In this document: piece after piece, positions 52,233 through 62,270 of the stretch
How the letters are laid out: each line of letters begins with the position of its first letter
Numbering within the stretch: position 1 is the stretch's first letter
NCBI RefSeq assembly: GCF_050320075.1
Contig: NZ_CP190019.1
Length of the DNA: 64,000 nucleotides
Source of the DNA: Escherichia coli
GTDB lineage: Bacteria > Pseudomonadota > Gammaproteobacteria > Enterobacterales > Enterobacteriaceae
Reading direction: 5' to 3' (one strand)
Program-made: the position numbers and the translations under genes
Notes under the pieces: generated by a model
Seen by the model: the letters and a program-made list of their open reading frames with translations, nothing else
Told to the model about the DNA's origin: nothing
Databases searched by the model: none

Positions 52233-55200
52233 ATGGACTTTTCCCGCTTTTTTATCGACAGGCCGATTTTCGCCGCGGTGCTGTCGATTTTAATTTTTAT
52301 CACCGGGTTAATCGCTATCCCACTGCTGCCGGTGAGCGAATATCCGGATGTCGTCCCGCCGAGCGTCCAGGTGCGCGCGGAGTATCCCGGCGCCAACCCG
52401 AAAGTGATTGCCGAGACCGTGGCGACGCCGCTGGAGGAAGCGATCAACGGCGTTGAAAACATGATGTACATGAAATCGGTCGCCGGCTCCGACGGCGTGC
52501 TGGTCACCACCGTCACCTTCCGCCCGGGTACCGACCCGGATCAGGCGCAGGTTCAGGTGCAGAACCGCGTCGCGCAGGCCGAAGCGCGTCTGCCGGAGGA
52601 TGTACGCCGTCTGGGGATCACCACCCAGAAGCAGTCTCCGACGCTGACCCTGGTGGTGCATCTGTTCTCCCCCGGCGGGAAGTACGACTCGCTGTATATG
52701 CGCAACTACGCCACGCTGAAAGTGAAGGATGAGCTGGCGCGCCTGCCCGGCGTCGGCCAGATCCAGATTTTTGGCTCCGGTGAATATGCGATGCGCGTCT
52801 GGCTGGATCCCAATAAGGTCGCTGCCCGCGGTCTGACGGCCTCGGATGTGGTGACGGCGATGCAGGAGCAAAACGTCCAGGTGTCTGCCGGACAGCTTGG
52901 CGCCGAGCCGCTGCCGCAGGAGAGCGATTTCCTGATCTCCATTAACGCCCAGGGCCGTCTGCATACCGAAGAAGAGTTTGGCAATATCATTCTGAAAACG
53001 GCGCAGGATGGCTCGCTGGTCCGCCTGCGCGACGTGGCGCGCATCGAGATGGGTTCCGGTAGCTATGCGCTGCGCTCCCAGCTCAACAATAAGGATGCGG
53101 TCGGGATCGGTATCTTCCAGTCACCCGGCGCTAACGCCATCGATCTGTCGAACGCGGTACGCGCCAAAATGGCCGAGCTGGCCACCCGCTTCCCGGAAGA
53201 TATGCAATGGGCGGCGCCGTACGACCCGACGGTTTTCGTCCGCGACTCCATCCGCGCGGTGGTGCAGACGCTGCTGGAGGCGGTAGTGCTGGTGGTGCTG
53301 GTAGTGATCCTGTTCCTGCAGACCTGGCGCGCGTCGATTATCCCGTTGATCGCTGTGCCGGTATCGGTGGTGGGTACCTTCAGCATTCTCTATCTGCTGG
53401 GCTTCTCGCTGAATACCCTGAGCCTGTTCGGGCTGGTACTGGCTATCGGTATCGTGGTGGACGACGCCATCGTGGTGGTGGAGAACGTCGAGCGTAATAT
53501 CGAAGAGGGGCTTGCGCCGCTTGCCGCGGCGCATCAGGCGATGCGTGAGGTCTCCGGGCCGATTATCGCCATTGCGCTGGTGCTGTGTGCGGTGTTCGTG
53601 CCGATGGCGTTTCTCTCCGGGGTCACCGGCCAGTTCTACAAACAGTTCGCGGTGACCATCGCCATCTCGACGGTGATCTCGGCCATCAACTCGCTGACGC
53701 TCTCCCCGGCGCTGGCGGCCCTGCTGTTAAAGCCGCACGGCGCGAAGAAAGACCTCCCTACCCGGCTGATCGATCGCCTGTTTGGCTGGATTTTCCGTCC
53801 GTTTAACCGCTTTTTCCTGCGCAGCTCGAACGGCTATCAGGGACTGGTAGGCAAAACGCTTGGACGCCGTGGCGCAGTGTTTGCGGTGTACCTGCTGCTG
53901 CTCTGCGCCGCTGGGGTGATGTTTAAAGTCGTCCCCGGCGGGTTTATTCCCACCCAGGATAAGCTGTATCTCATTGGCGGCGTGAAGATGCCGGAAGGGT
54001 CGTCGCTGGCGCGCACCGACGCGGTGATCCGCAAAATGAGCGAGATCGGGATGAATACCGAAGGGGTCGACTATGCGGTCGCTTTCCCGGGGCTTAACGC
54101 GCTGCAGTTCACCAACACGCCGAATACCGGGACGGTCTTTTTTGGCCTGAAACCGTTCGACCAGCGCAAACACACGGCGGCGGAAATTAACGCGGAGATC
54201 AACGCCAAAATCGCGCAAATCCAGCAGGGCTTTGGCTTTTCCATCCTGCCGCCGCCGATTTTAGGTCTGGGTCAGGGTTCCGGCTACTCCCTGTACATCC
54301 AGGATCGCGGAGGGCTGGGCTATGGCGCGCTGCAAAGCGCGGTGAATGCGATGTCCGGGGCGATTATGCAGACGCCGGGGATGCACTTCCCGATCTCGAC
54401 TTACCAGGCTAACGTGCCGCAGCTGGACGTGCAGGTCGATCGCGATAAGGCGAAAGCGCAGGGGGTATCGCTAACCGATCTGTTCGGTACGCTGCAGACC
54501 TATCTCGGCTCGTCTTATGTCAATGACTTTAACCAGTTCGGGCGTACCTGGCGCGTGATGGCCCAGGCTGACGGACCATACCGCGAGAGCGTGGAAGATA
54601 TCGCCAATCTGCGCACCCGCAATAATCAGGGCGAAATGGTACCGATCGGCAGTATGGTGAATATCAGTACCACCTACGGGCCGGATCCGGTGATCCGCTA
54701 CAACGGTTATCCGGCGGCGGACCTGATTGGCGATGCCGATCCGCGGGTCCTCTCTTCTTCGCAGGCGATGACGCATCTGGAAGAGCTGTCGAAGCAGATC
54801 CTGCCGAATGGGATGAATATTGAGTGGACGGATCTCAGCTTCCAGCAGGCCACCCAGGGCAACACGGCGCTGATCGTCTTCCCGGTGGCGGTGCTGCTGG
54901 CATTCCTCGTACTGGCCGCGCTGTATGAAAGCTGGACCCTGCCGCTGGCGGTGATCCTTATCGTACCGATGACGATGCTCTCCGCGCTGTTTGGCGTCTG
55001 GCTGACCGGGGGCGATAACAACGTCTTCGTGCAGGTGGGTCTGGTGGTCCTGATGGGCCTGGCCTGTAAAAACGCCATTCTGATCGTCGAGTTTGCCCGC
55101 GAGCTGGAGATCCAGGGGAAAGGCATCATGGAAGCGGCGCTGGAGGCATGCCGCCTGCGTCTGCGCCCGATCGTGATGACCTCCATCGCCTTTATCGCCG

Positions 55201-55385
55201 GGACCATTCCGCTGATCCTCGGCCACGGCGCGGGGGCGGAAGTCCGCGGCGTCACCGGGATCACGGTGTTCTCCGGGATGCTGGGCGTGACGCTCTTCGG
55301 TCTGTTCCTGACGCCGGTGTTTTACGTGACGCTACGGAAACTGGTGACCCGCAGGAAGCCGGTCCAGGAGGATCTGCCCGCCTAG
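52233..55385 (+). CDS. oqxB: OqxB, RND efflux transporter (1050 aa)
   Basis: 12-TM RND pump, starts MDFSRFFIDRPIFAAVLSILIFITG. Confidence 0.9.
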   Translation: MDFSRFFIDRPIFAAVLSILIFITGLIAIPLLPVSEYPDVVPPSVQVRAEYPGANPKVIAETVATPLEEAINGVENMMYMKSVAGSDGVLVTTVTFRPGTDPDQAQVQVQNRVAQAEARLPEDVRRLGITTQKQSPTLTLVVHLFSPGGKYDSLYMRNYATLKVKDELARLPGVGQIQIFGSGEYAMRVWLDPNKVAARGLTASDVVTAMQEQNVQVSAGQLGAEPLPQESDFLISINAQGRLHTEEEFGNIILKTAQDGSLVRLRDVARIEMGSGSYALRSQLNNKDAVGIGIFQSPGANAIDLSNAVRAKMAELATRFPEDMQWAAPYDPTVFVRDSIRAVVQTLLEAVVLVVLVVILFLQTWRASIIPLIAVPVSVVGTFSILYLLGFSLNTLSLFGLVLAIGIVVDDAIVVVENVERNIEEGLAPLAAAHQAMREVSGPIIAIALVLCAVFVPMAFLSGVTGQFYKQFAVTIAISTVISAINSLTLSPALAALLLKPHGAKKDLPTRLIDRLFGWIFRPFNRFFLRSSNGYQGLVGKTLGRRGAVFAVYLLLLCAAGVMFKVVPGGFIPTQDKLYLIGGVKMPEGSSLARTDAVIRKMSEIGMNTEGVDYAVAFPGLNALQFTNTPNTGTVFFGLKPFDQRKHTAAEINAEINAKIAQIQQGFGFSILPPPILGLGQGSGYSLYIQDRGGLGYGALQSAVNAMSGAIMQTPGMHFPISTYQANVPQLDVQVDRDKAKAQGVSLTDLFGTLQTYLGSSYVNDFNQFGRTWRVMAQADGPYRESVEDIANLRTRNNQGEMVPIGSMVNISTTYGPDPVIRYNGYPAADLIGDADPRVLSSSQAMTHLEELSKQILPNGMNIEWTDLSFQQATQGNTALIVFPVAVLLAFLVLAALYESWTLPLAVILIVPMTMLSALFGVWLTGGDNNVFVQVGLVVLMGLACKNAILIVEFARELEIQGKGIMEAALEACRLRLRPIVMTSIAFIAGTIPLILGHGAGAEVRGVTGITVFSGMLGVTLFGLFLTPVFYVTLRKLVTRRKPVQEDLPA

Positions 55386-55400
55386 CCTGCAGCAGATAAC

Positions 55401-55438
55401 AAAAAAACCGCCTTCACAATTTGAAGGCGGTTTTTTTT
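55401..55438. terminator. Rho-independent terminator (bidirectional) between oqxB and oqxR
   Basis: AAAAAAACCGCCTTCACAATTTGAAGGCGGTTTTTTTT: GC stem flanked by A-run and T-run. Confidence 0.75.
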
Positions 55439-55454
55439 CGTCACCAGAAAATGA

Positions 55455-55934
55455 TTAATGCGCTTTTTTAAAGCGGGCGATCATTTCCGGCACCGGGTCG
55501 CAGCCGCTGGTATCGGCGTTTTTGACCGCCTCCAGCGCGCTGGCCACGGTATGGCGAGCGAGGACGTTTAACGAAGCCTGCTCTGCTTCATCGGCAACCG
55601 ATTTGAAGTACCAGCAGGCGTTGGCGCTGACCACGCAGCGGGCCGGGACGTCAGGACGCGACGCCCACAGTTTTTTATCTTCGATAACCGAAAGATAGAT
55701 ATCACGCAGGGTGATCTTGTCCGCCGGACGGCCAAGATGAATTGAGCCGTTGCGACCAAGCGTGGAGACGATAATGCCGTCACGAGTTAGCGGAACCATT
55801 AGTTTACGGATAAAGCTCGGGTTCGCTTCCAGGCCGTAGGCCAGAATCGCACTCGTCGAACGTTCACCCATCTGCTCCGCCATTGCTACGCTGAGAACCA
55901 TCTGCAAAGCTGTCGGGAAGCGGTAATCTAACAT
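55455..55934 (-). CDS. oqxR: OqxR, Rrf2-family transcriptional repressor (160 aa)
   Basis: MLDYRFPTALQMVLSVAMAEQMGERSTSAILAYG… Rrf2 HTH; the ORF-track N-terminal extension runs into the IS26 IR and is artefactual. Confidence 0.8.
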   Translation of the reverse strand: MLDYRFPTALQMVLSVAMAEQMGERSTSAILAYGLEANPSFIRKLMVPLTRDGIIVSTLGRNGSIHLGRPADKITLRDIYLSVIEDKKLWASRPDVPARCVVSANACWYFKSVADEAEQASLNVLARHTVASALEAVKNADTSGCDPVPEMIARFKKAH

Positions 55935-55983
55935 GGCAGTGTCCTGGGTTGCGGTGAATCTTGTTCTTTTTAGCACCGCAGAG

Positions 55984-56803
55984 GGCACTGTTGCAAAGTT
56001 AGCGATGAGGCAGCCTTTTGTCTTATTCAAAGGCCTTACATTTCAAAAACTCTGCTTACCAGGCGCATTTCGCCCAGGGGATCACCATAATAAAATGCTG
56101 AGGCCTGGCCTTTGCGTAGTGCACGCATCACCTCAATACCTTTGATGGTGGCGTAAGCCGTCTTCATGGATTTAAATCCCAGCGTGGCGCCGATTATCCG
56201 TTTCAGTTTGCCATGATCGCATTCAATCACGTTGTTCCGGTACTTAATCTGTCGGTGTTCAACGTCAGACGGGCACCGGCCTTCGCGTTTGAGCAGAGCA
56301 AGCGCGCGACCATAGGCGGGCGCTTTATCCGTGTTGATGAATCGCGGGATCTGCCACTTCTTCACGTTGTTGAGGATTTTACCCAGAAACCGGTATGCAG
56401 CTTTGCTGTTACGACGGGAGGAGAGATAAAAATCGACAGTGCGGCCCCGGCTGTCGACGGCCCGGTACAGATACGCCCAGCGGCCATTGACCTTCACGTA
56501 GGTTTCATCCATGTGCCACGGGCAAAGATCGGAAGGGTTACGCCAGTACCAGCGCAGCCGTTTTTCCATTTCAGGCGCATAACGCTGAACCCAGCGGTAA
56601 ATCGTGGAGTGATCGACATTCACTCCGCGTTCAGCCAGCATCTCCTGCAGCTCACGGTAACTGATGCCGTATTTGCAGTACCAGCGTACGGCCCACAGAA
56701 TGATGTCACGCTGAAAATGCCGGCCTTTGAATGGGTTCATGTGCAGCTCCATCAGCAAAAGGGGATGATAAGTTTATCACCACCGACTATTTGCAACAGT
56801 GCC
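55984..56803 (-). mobile_element. IS26, copy C (820 bp, intact)
   Basis: IRs GGCACTGTTGCAAA; intact Tnp26 at 56036..56740. Confidence 0.95.
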
Positions 56804-57073
56804 GACGAATTCGATATGCACGCCGCGTTGTGTCAGCGTTTGCACGATCCGGCGCAAATCATCGAGATTGCGCGCCAGGCGATCCATGCTATGCACCACC
56901 ACGGTGTCGCCGGTGCGGGCGAAGCTTATCAGCGCTTCCAGTTGCGGACGCTTGACATCCTTGCCGGATGCCTTGTCGCTAAAAGCGCGATCAACCTTGA
57001 CGCCTTCCAGTTGCCGTTCCGGGTTCTGGTCGAAGGTGCTGACCCTGATATACCCAATGCGCTGTCCAGTCAT
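56804..57073 (-). pseudogene. tnpR: Tn21-family resolvase gene tnpR, 5' 90 codons (truncated by IS26)
   Basis: MTGQRIGYIRVSTFDQNPERQLEGVKVDRAFSDKASGKDVKRPQLEALISFARTGDTVVVHSMDRLARNLDDL… then reading frame enters IS26. Confidence 0.85.
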
Positions 57074-57198
57074 GGAATTCCCTGCAAAATGTCAGGGAAG
57101 ACTCTATGACCTTCAACGAGATATGTCAATAAATTCAAAATTCAATCCTATCCTGACGCAATTTACACATGGCATCTGACATCAGGTTAGGGTATGCC
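57074..57198. promoter_or_regulatory. Probable res (resolution) site region of the Tn21-family backbone
   Basis: Position between tnpR start and urf2/tnpM, as in Tn21; subsites not individually identified. Confidence 0.3.
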
Positions 57199-57549
57199 TC
57201 AACCTGACGGCGGCGAATCACAAGCGTCCGGTTTGACGCTGGTTTCGGTCGCAGTGCTGGCCCGCGCCTGGAAGCGCTGATAGCACTCCAGCCCGCAGAA
57301 ATGCTCCACGTACTCGGCCCCTTCCGGCGTGAAGGCGGCATCGAGCGGGATTTCCTTGCAGCACACGCAGCAACTGGTGCTCGGTTCATTGGCGTTCATG
57401 GTGGTGTTCCTCCATTGGTTGACGAAGCCGACGAAGGCCGCCGCCGGCATCGGCCTGGCGAACAGGAAACCCTGCACCGTGTCGCAACCCGCCTGCCGCA
57501 ACCACGCAAGGCAGTCGGGTGTTTCCACACCCTCGGCTACCACCTCCAT
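57199..57549 (-). pseudogene. Tn21 urf2/tnpM-region ORF interrupted by integron insertion
   Basis: Frame …[47 protein letters not shown]… upstream part lies across IRi. Confidence 0.45.
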
Positions 57550-57574
57550 TGTCGTTTTCAGAAGACGGCTGCAC
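57550..57574. repeat. IRi, 25-bp inverted repeat at the intI1 end of the class 1 integron
   Basis: TGTCGTTTTCAGAAGACGGCTGCAC. Confidence 0.8.
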
Positions 57575-57751
57575 TGAACGTCAGAAGCCGACTGCACTAT
57601 AGCAGCGGAGGGGTTGGATCCATCAGGCAACGACGGGCTGCTGCCGGCCATCAGCGGACGCAGGGAGGACTTTCCGCAACCGGCCGTTCGATGCGGCACC
57701 GATGGCCTTCGCGCAGGGGTAGTGAATCCGCCAGGATTGACTTGCGCTGCC

Positions 57752-58765
57752 CTACCTCTCACTAGTGAGGGGCGGCAGCGCATCAAGCGGTGAGCGCACT
57801 CCGGCACCGCCAACTTTCAGCACATGCGTGTAAATCATCGTCGTAGAGACGTCGGAATGGCCGAGCAGATCCTGCACGGTTCGAATGTCGTAACCGCTGC
57901 GGAGCAAGGCCGTCGCGAACGAGTGGCGGAGGGTGTGCGGTGTGGCGGGCTTCGTGATGCCTGCTTGTTCTACGGCACGTTTGAAGGCGCGCTGAAAGGT
58001 CTGGTCATACATGTGATGGCGACGCACGACACCGCTCCGTGGATCGGTCGAATGCGTGTGCTGCGCAAAAACCCAGAACCACGGCCAGGAATGCCCGGCG
58101 CGCGGATACTTCCGCTCAAGGGCGTCGGGAAGCGCAACGCCGCTGCGGCCCTCGGCCTGGTCCTTCAGCCACCATGCCCGTGCACGCGACAGCTGCTCGC
58201 GCAGGCTGGGTGCCAAGCTCTCGGGTAACATCAAGGCCCGATCCTTGGAGCCCTTGCCCTCCCGCACGATGATCGTGCCGTGATCGAAATCCAGATCCTT
58301 GACCCGCAGTTGCAAACCCTCACTGATCCGCATGCCCGTTCCATACAGAAGCTGGGCGAACAAACGATGCTCGCCTTCCAGAAAACCGAGGATGCGAACC
58401 ACTTCATCCGGGGTCAGCACCACCGGCAAGCGCCGCGACGGCCGAGGTCTTCCGATCTCCTGAAGCCAGGGCAGATCCGTGCACAGCACCTTGCCGTAGA
58501 AGAACAGCAAGGCCGCCAATGCCTGACGATGCGTGGAGACCGAAACCTTGCGCTCGTTCGCCAGCCAGGACAGAAATGCCTCGACTTCGCTGCTGCCCAA
58601 GGTTGCCGGGTGACGCACACCGTGGAAACGGATGAAGGCACGAACCCAGTGGACATAAGCCTGTTCGGTTGGTAAGCTGTAATGCAAGTAGCGTATGCGC
58701 TCACGCAACTGGTCCAGAACCTTGACCGAACGCAGCGGTGGTAACGGCGCAGTGGCGGTTTTCAT
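57752..58765 (-). CDS. intI1: IntI1, class 1 integron integrase (337 aa)
   Basis: [53 protein letters not shown]…. Confidence 0.95.
58650..58678 (+). promoter_or_regulatory. Pc cassette promoter, weak variant (PcW: -35 TGGACA, -10 TAAGCT, 17-bp spacer)
   Basis: TGGACA at 58650-58655 and TAAGCT at 58673-58678 inside the intI1 5' region; P2 site lacks GGG insertion (14-bp spacer). Confidence 0.7.
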
Positions 58766-58836
58766 GGCTTGTTATGACTGTTTTTTTGTACAGTCTATGC
58801 CTCGGGCATCCAAGCAGCAAGCGCGTTACGCCGTGG

Positions 58837-58907
58837 GTCGATGTTTGATGTTATGGAGCAGCAACGATGTTACGCAGCAGGGCAGTCGCCCTAAAACAAA
58901 GTTAGCC
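58837..58907 (+). other. attI1 recombination site
   Basis: Region ending in core GTTAGCC immediately before the first cassette. Confidence 0.55.
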
Positions 58908-58909
58908 AT

Positions 58910-59407
58910 ATGAACTCGGAATCAGTACGCATTTATCTCGTTGCTGCGATGGGAGCCAATCGGGTTATTGGCAATGGTCCTAATATCCCCTGGAAAATTC
59001 CGGGTGAGCAGAAGATTTTTCGCAGACTCACTGAGGGAAAAGTCGTTGTCATGGGGCGAAAGACCTTTGAGTCTATCGGCAAGCCTCTACCGAACCGTCA
59101 CACATTGGTAATCTCACGCCAAGCTAACTACCGCGCCACTGGCTGCGTAGTTGTTTCAACGCTGTCGCACGCTATCGCTTTGGCATCCGAACTCGGCAAT
59201 GAACTCTACGTCGCGGGCGGAGCTGAGATATACACTCTGGCACTACCTCACGCCCACGGCGTGTTTCTATCTGAGGTACATCAAACCTTCGAGGGTGACG
59301 CCTTCTTCCCAATGCTCAACGAAACAGAATTCGAGCTTGTCTCAACCGAAACCATTCAAGCTGTAATTCCGTACACCCACTCCGTTTATGCGCGTCGAAA
59401 CGGCTAA
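58910..59407 (+). CDS. dfrA12: DfrA12, trimethoprim-resistant dihydrofolate reductase (165 aa)
   Basis: MNSESVRIYLVAAMGANRVIGNGPNIPWKIPGEQKIFRRLTEGKVVVMGRKTFESIGKPLPNRHTLVISR…. Confidence 0.9.
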   Translation: MNSESVRIYLVAAMGANRVIGNGPNIPWKIPGEQKIFRRLTEGKVVVMGRKTFESIGKPLPNRHTLVISRQANYRATGCVVVSTLSHAIALASELGNELYVAGGAEIYTLALPHAHGVFLSEVHQTFEGDAFFPMLNETEFELVSTETIQAVIPYTHSVYARRNG

Positions 59408-59518
59408 CCATTCCGTCAACGGGACGCCAAAATGCTGCGCATTTTGGTTCCCTCCGCTGCGCTCCGGCTCTCGTTACGTCCAACGTTAGCACCACTGAAA
59501 CCCAGCTTTATTTAGCTC

Positions 59519-59809
59519 ATGTTTATTCAAACGGCATTTAGCTTTTCAGGCGTTATTCAGTGCCTGTTTTGCCTTTTTTCCGGGCTTCGCCTGCATGGGC
59601 TGCGCAGGTTTTCAGTCTTTTTGGCCTCTAGCCCTTGCGTAGCAAGCGCAAGCAGCTATCGTTTTTGCAGTGCTGTGCCGCCTCGGTGGCGCAGCGTTTT
59701 TTCACGGTTAGCGCCCGTCGCCAAATTCAAGTTATCCGTTTTGGCTTCTGGTTCTAACATTTCGGTCAAGCCGACCCGCATTCTGCGGTCGGCTTACCTC
59801 GCCCGTTAG
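59519..59809 (+). CDS. gcuF: gcuF (orfF) cassette ORF of unknown function
   Basis: Position between dfrA12 and aadA2 as in the common dfrA12-orfF-aadA2 array; attC-like GTTAGAC at 59805-59811. Confidence 0.6.
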   Translation: MFIQTAFSFSGVIQCLFCLFSGLRLHGLRRFSVFLASSPCVASASSYRFCSAVPPRWRSVFSRLAPVAKFKLSVLASGSNISVKPTRILRSAYLAR

Positions 59810-59814
59810 ACATC

Positions 59815-60606
59815 ATGAGGGAAGCGGTGACCATCGAAATTTCGAACCAACTATCAGAGGTGCTAAGCGTCATTGAGCGCCATCTGGAATCAACGTTGCT
59901 GGCCGTGCATTTGTACGGCTCCGCAGTGGATGGCGGCCTGAAGCCATACAGCGATATTGATTTGTTGGTTACTGTGGCCGTAAAGCTTGATGAAACGACG
60001 CGGCGAGCATTGCTCAATGATCTTATGGAGGCTTCGGCTTTCCCTGGCGAGAGCGAGACGCTCCGCGCTATAGAAGTCACCCTTGTCGTGCATGACGACA
60101 TCATCCCGTGGCGTTATCCGGCTAAGCGCGAGCTGCAATTTGGAGAATGGCAGCGCAATGACATTCTTGCGGGTATCTTCGAGCCAGCCATGATCGACAT
60201 TGATCTAGCTATCCTGCTTACAAAAGCAAGAGAACATAGCGTTGCCTTGGTAGGTCCGGCAGCGGAGGAATTCTTTGACCCGGTTCCTGAACAGGATCTA
60301 TTCGAGGCGCTGAGGGAAACCTTGAAGCTATGGAACTCGCAGCCCGACTGGGCCGGCGATGAGCGAAATGTAGTGCTTACGTTGTCCCGCATTTGGTACA
60401 GCGCAATAACCGGCAAAATCGCGCCGAAGGATGTCGCTGCCGACTGGGCAATAAAACGCCTACCTGCCCAGTATCAGCCCGTCTTACTTGAAGCTAAGCA
60501 AGCTTATCTGGGACAAAAAGAAGATCACTTGGCCTCACGCGCAGATCACTTGGAAGAATTTATTCGCTTTGTGAAAGGCGAGATCATCAAGTCAGTTGGT
60601 AAATGA
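59815..60606 (+). CDS. aadA2: AadA2, aminoglycoside (3'') adenylyltransferase (263 aa)
   Basis: MREAVTIEISNQLSEVLSVIERHLESTLLAVHLYGSAVDGGLKPYSDIDLLVTV…. Confidence 0.9.
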   Translation: MREAVTIEISNQLSEVLSVIERHLESTLLAVHLYGSAVDGGLKPYSDIDLLVTVAVKLDETTRRALLNDLMEASAFPGESETLRAIEVTLVVHDDIIPWRYPAKRELQFGEWQRNDILAGIFEPAMIDIDLAILLTKAREHSVALVGPAAEEFFDPVPEQDLFEALRETLKLWNSQPDWAGDERNVVLTLSRIWYSAITGKIAPKDVAADWAIKRLPAQYQPVLLEAKQAYLGQKEDHLASRADHLEEFIRFVKGEIIKSVGK

Positions 60607-60607
60607 T

Positions 60608-60667
60608 GTCTAACAATTCGTTCAAGCCGACCGCGCTACGCGCGGCGGCTTAACTCCGGCGTTAGAT
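60608..60667 (+). other. attC (59-be) of the aadA2 cassette
   Basis: GTCTAACAATTCG…internal inverted repeats…GGCGTTAGAT. Confidence 0.65.
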
Positions 60668-60769
60668 GCACTAAGCACATAATTGCTCACAGCCAAACTA
60701 TCAGGTCAAGTCTGCTTTTATTATTTTTAAGCGTGCATAATAAGCCCTACACAAATTGGGAGATATATC

Positions 60770-61117
60770 ATGAAAGGCTGGCTTTTTCTTGTTATCGCAA
60801 TAGTTGGCGAAGTAATCGCAACATCCGCATTAAAATCTAGCGAGGGCTTTACTAAGCTTGCCCCTTCCGCCGTTGTCATAATCGGTTATGGCATCGCATT
60901 TTATTTTCTTTCTCTGGTTCTGAAATCCATCCCTGTCGGTGTTGCTTATGCAGTCTGGTCGGGACTCGGCGTCGTCATAATTACAGCCATTGCCTGGTTG
61001 CTTCATGGGCAAAAGCTTGATGCGTGGGGCTTTGTAGGTATGGGGCTCATAATTGCTGCCTTTTTGCTCGCCCGATCCCCATCGTGGAAGTCGCTGCGGA
61101 GGCCGACGCCATGGTGA
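60770..61117 (+). CDS. qacEdelta1: QacEdelta1, SMR-family efflux protein (115 aa)
   Basis: [69 protein letters not shown]…. Confidence 0.9.
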   Translation: MKGWLFLVIAIVGEVIATSALKSSEGFTKLAPSAVVIIGYGIAFYFLSLVLKSIPVGVAYAVWSGLGVVIITAIAWLLHGQKLDAWGFVGMGLIIAAFLLARSPSWKSLRRPTPW

Positions 61118-61436
61118 CGGTGTTCGGCATTCTGAATCTCACCGAGGACTCCTTCTTCGATGAGAGCCGGCGGCTAGACCCCGCCGGCGCTGTCACCGCG
61201 GCGATCGAAATGCTGCGAGTCGGATCAGACGTCGTGGATGTCGGACCGGCCGCCAGCCATCCGGACGCGAGGCCTGTATCGCCGGCCGATGAGATCAGAC
61301 GTATTGCGCCGCTCTTAGACGCCCTGTCCGATCAGATGCACCGTGTTTCAATCGACAGCTTCCAACCGGAAACCCAGCGCTATGCGCTCAAGCGCGGCGT
61401 GGGCTACCTGAACGATATCCAAGGATTTCCTGACCC
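61111..61436 (+). pseudogene. sul1: sul1, 5' 108 codons only (truncated by IS26 copy D)
   Basis: [73 protein letters not shown]… then IS26 IR. Confidence 0.85.
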
Positions 61437-62255
61437 GGCACTGTTGCAAATAGTCGGTGGTGATAAACTTATCATCCCCTTTTGCTGATGGAGCTGCACA
61501 TGAACCCATTCAAAGGCCGGCATTTTCAGCGTGACATCATTCTGTGGGCCGTACGCTGGTACTGCAAATACGGCATCAGTTACCGTGAGCTGCAGGAGAT
61601 GCTGGCTGAACGCGGAGTGAATGTCGATCACTCCACGATTTACCGCTGGGTTCAGCGTTATGCGCCTGAAATGGAAAAACGGCTGCGCTGGTACTGGCGT
61701 AACCCTTCCGATCTTTGCCCGTGGCACATGGATGAAACCTACGTGAAGGTCAATGGCCGCTGGGCGTATCTGTACCGGGCCGTCGACAGCCGGGGCCGCA
61801 CTGTCGATTTTTATCTCTCCTCCCGTCGTAACAGCAAAGCTGCATACCGGTTTCTGGGTAAAATCCTCAACAACGTGAAGAAGTGGCAGATCCCACGATC
61901 CTCAACACGGATAAAGCGCCCGCCTATGGTCGCGCGCTTGCTCTGCTCAAACGCGAAGGCCGGTGCCCGTCTGACGTTGAACACCGACAGATTAAGTACC
62001 GGAACAACGTGATTGAATGCGATCATGGCAAACTGAAACGGATAATCAACGCCACGCTGGGATTTAAATCCATGAAGACGGCTTACGCCACCATCAAAGG
62101 TATTGAGGTGATGCGTGCACTACGCAAAGGCCAGGCCTCAGCATTTTATTATGGTGATCCCCTGGGCGAAATGCGCCTGGTAAGCAGAGTTTTTGAAATG
62201 TAAGGCCTTTGAATAAGACAAAAGGCTGCCTCATCGCTAACTTTGCAACAGTGCC
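61437..62255 (+). mobile_element. IS26, copy D (819 bp; same frameshifted allele as copy A)
   Basis: IRs GGCACTGTTGCAAA; tnp26 ORFs identical to copy A (61500..62203 region). Confidence 0.9.
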
Positions 62256-62270
62256 CTCAATACTCGTGTG

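Larger units (their letters stand above)
49958..56803. mobile_element. IS26-oqxAB-oqxR-IS26 composite unit (Tn6010-like)
   Basis: Two intact IS26 in direct orientation flanking oqxA, oqxB and oqxR. Confidence 0.8.
57550..61436. mobile_element. Class 1 integron: 5'-CS, cassettes dfrA12-gcuF-aadA2, 3'-CS qacEdelta1 and sul1 truncated by IS26
   Basis: IRi, intI1, Pc, attI1, three cassettes with attC sites, qacEdelta1, 5' 108 codons of sul1. Confidence 0.9.

Noticed and set aside
55455-56030. 191-aa ORF reported for oqxR
   Set aside because: First 32 codons lie in the IS26 inverted repeat region; the real gene starts at Met 55934 (160 aa)
57199-57813. 204-aa ORF
   Set aside because: Reads across the integron IRi (57550..57574) and into the intI1 3' region; only the part before IRi is a Tn21 backbone remnant
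61024-61488. 154-aa ORF
   Set aside because: Chimeric frame: starts inside the qacEdelta1 3' region, covers the sul1 5' fragment and ends in IS26; only 61111..61436 is the sul1 remnant
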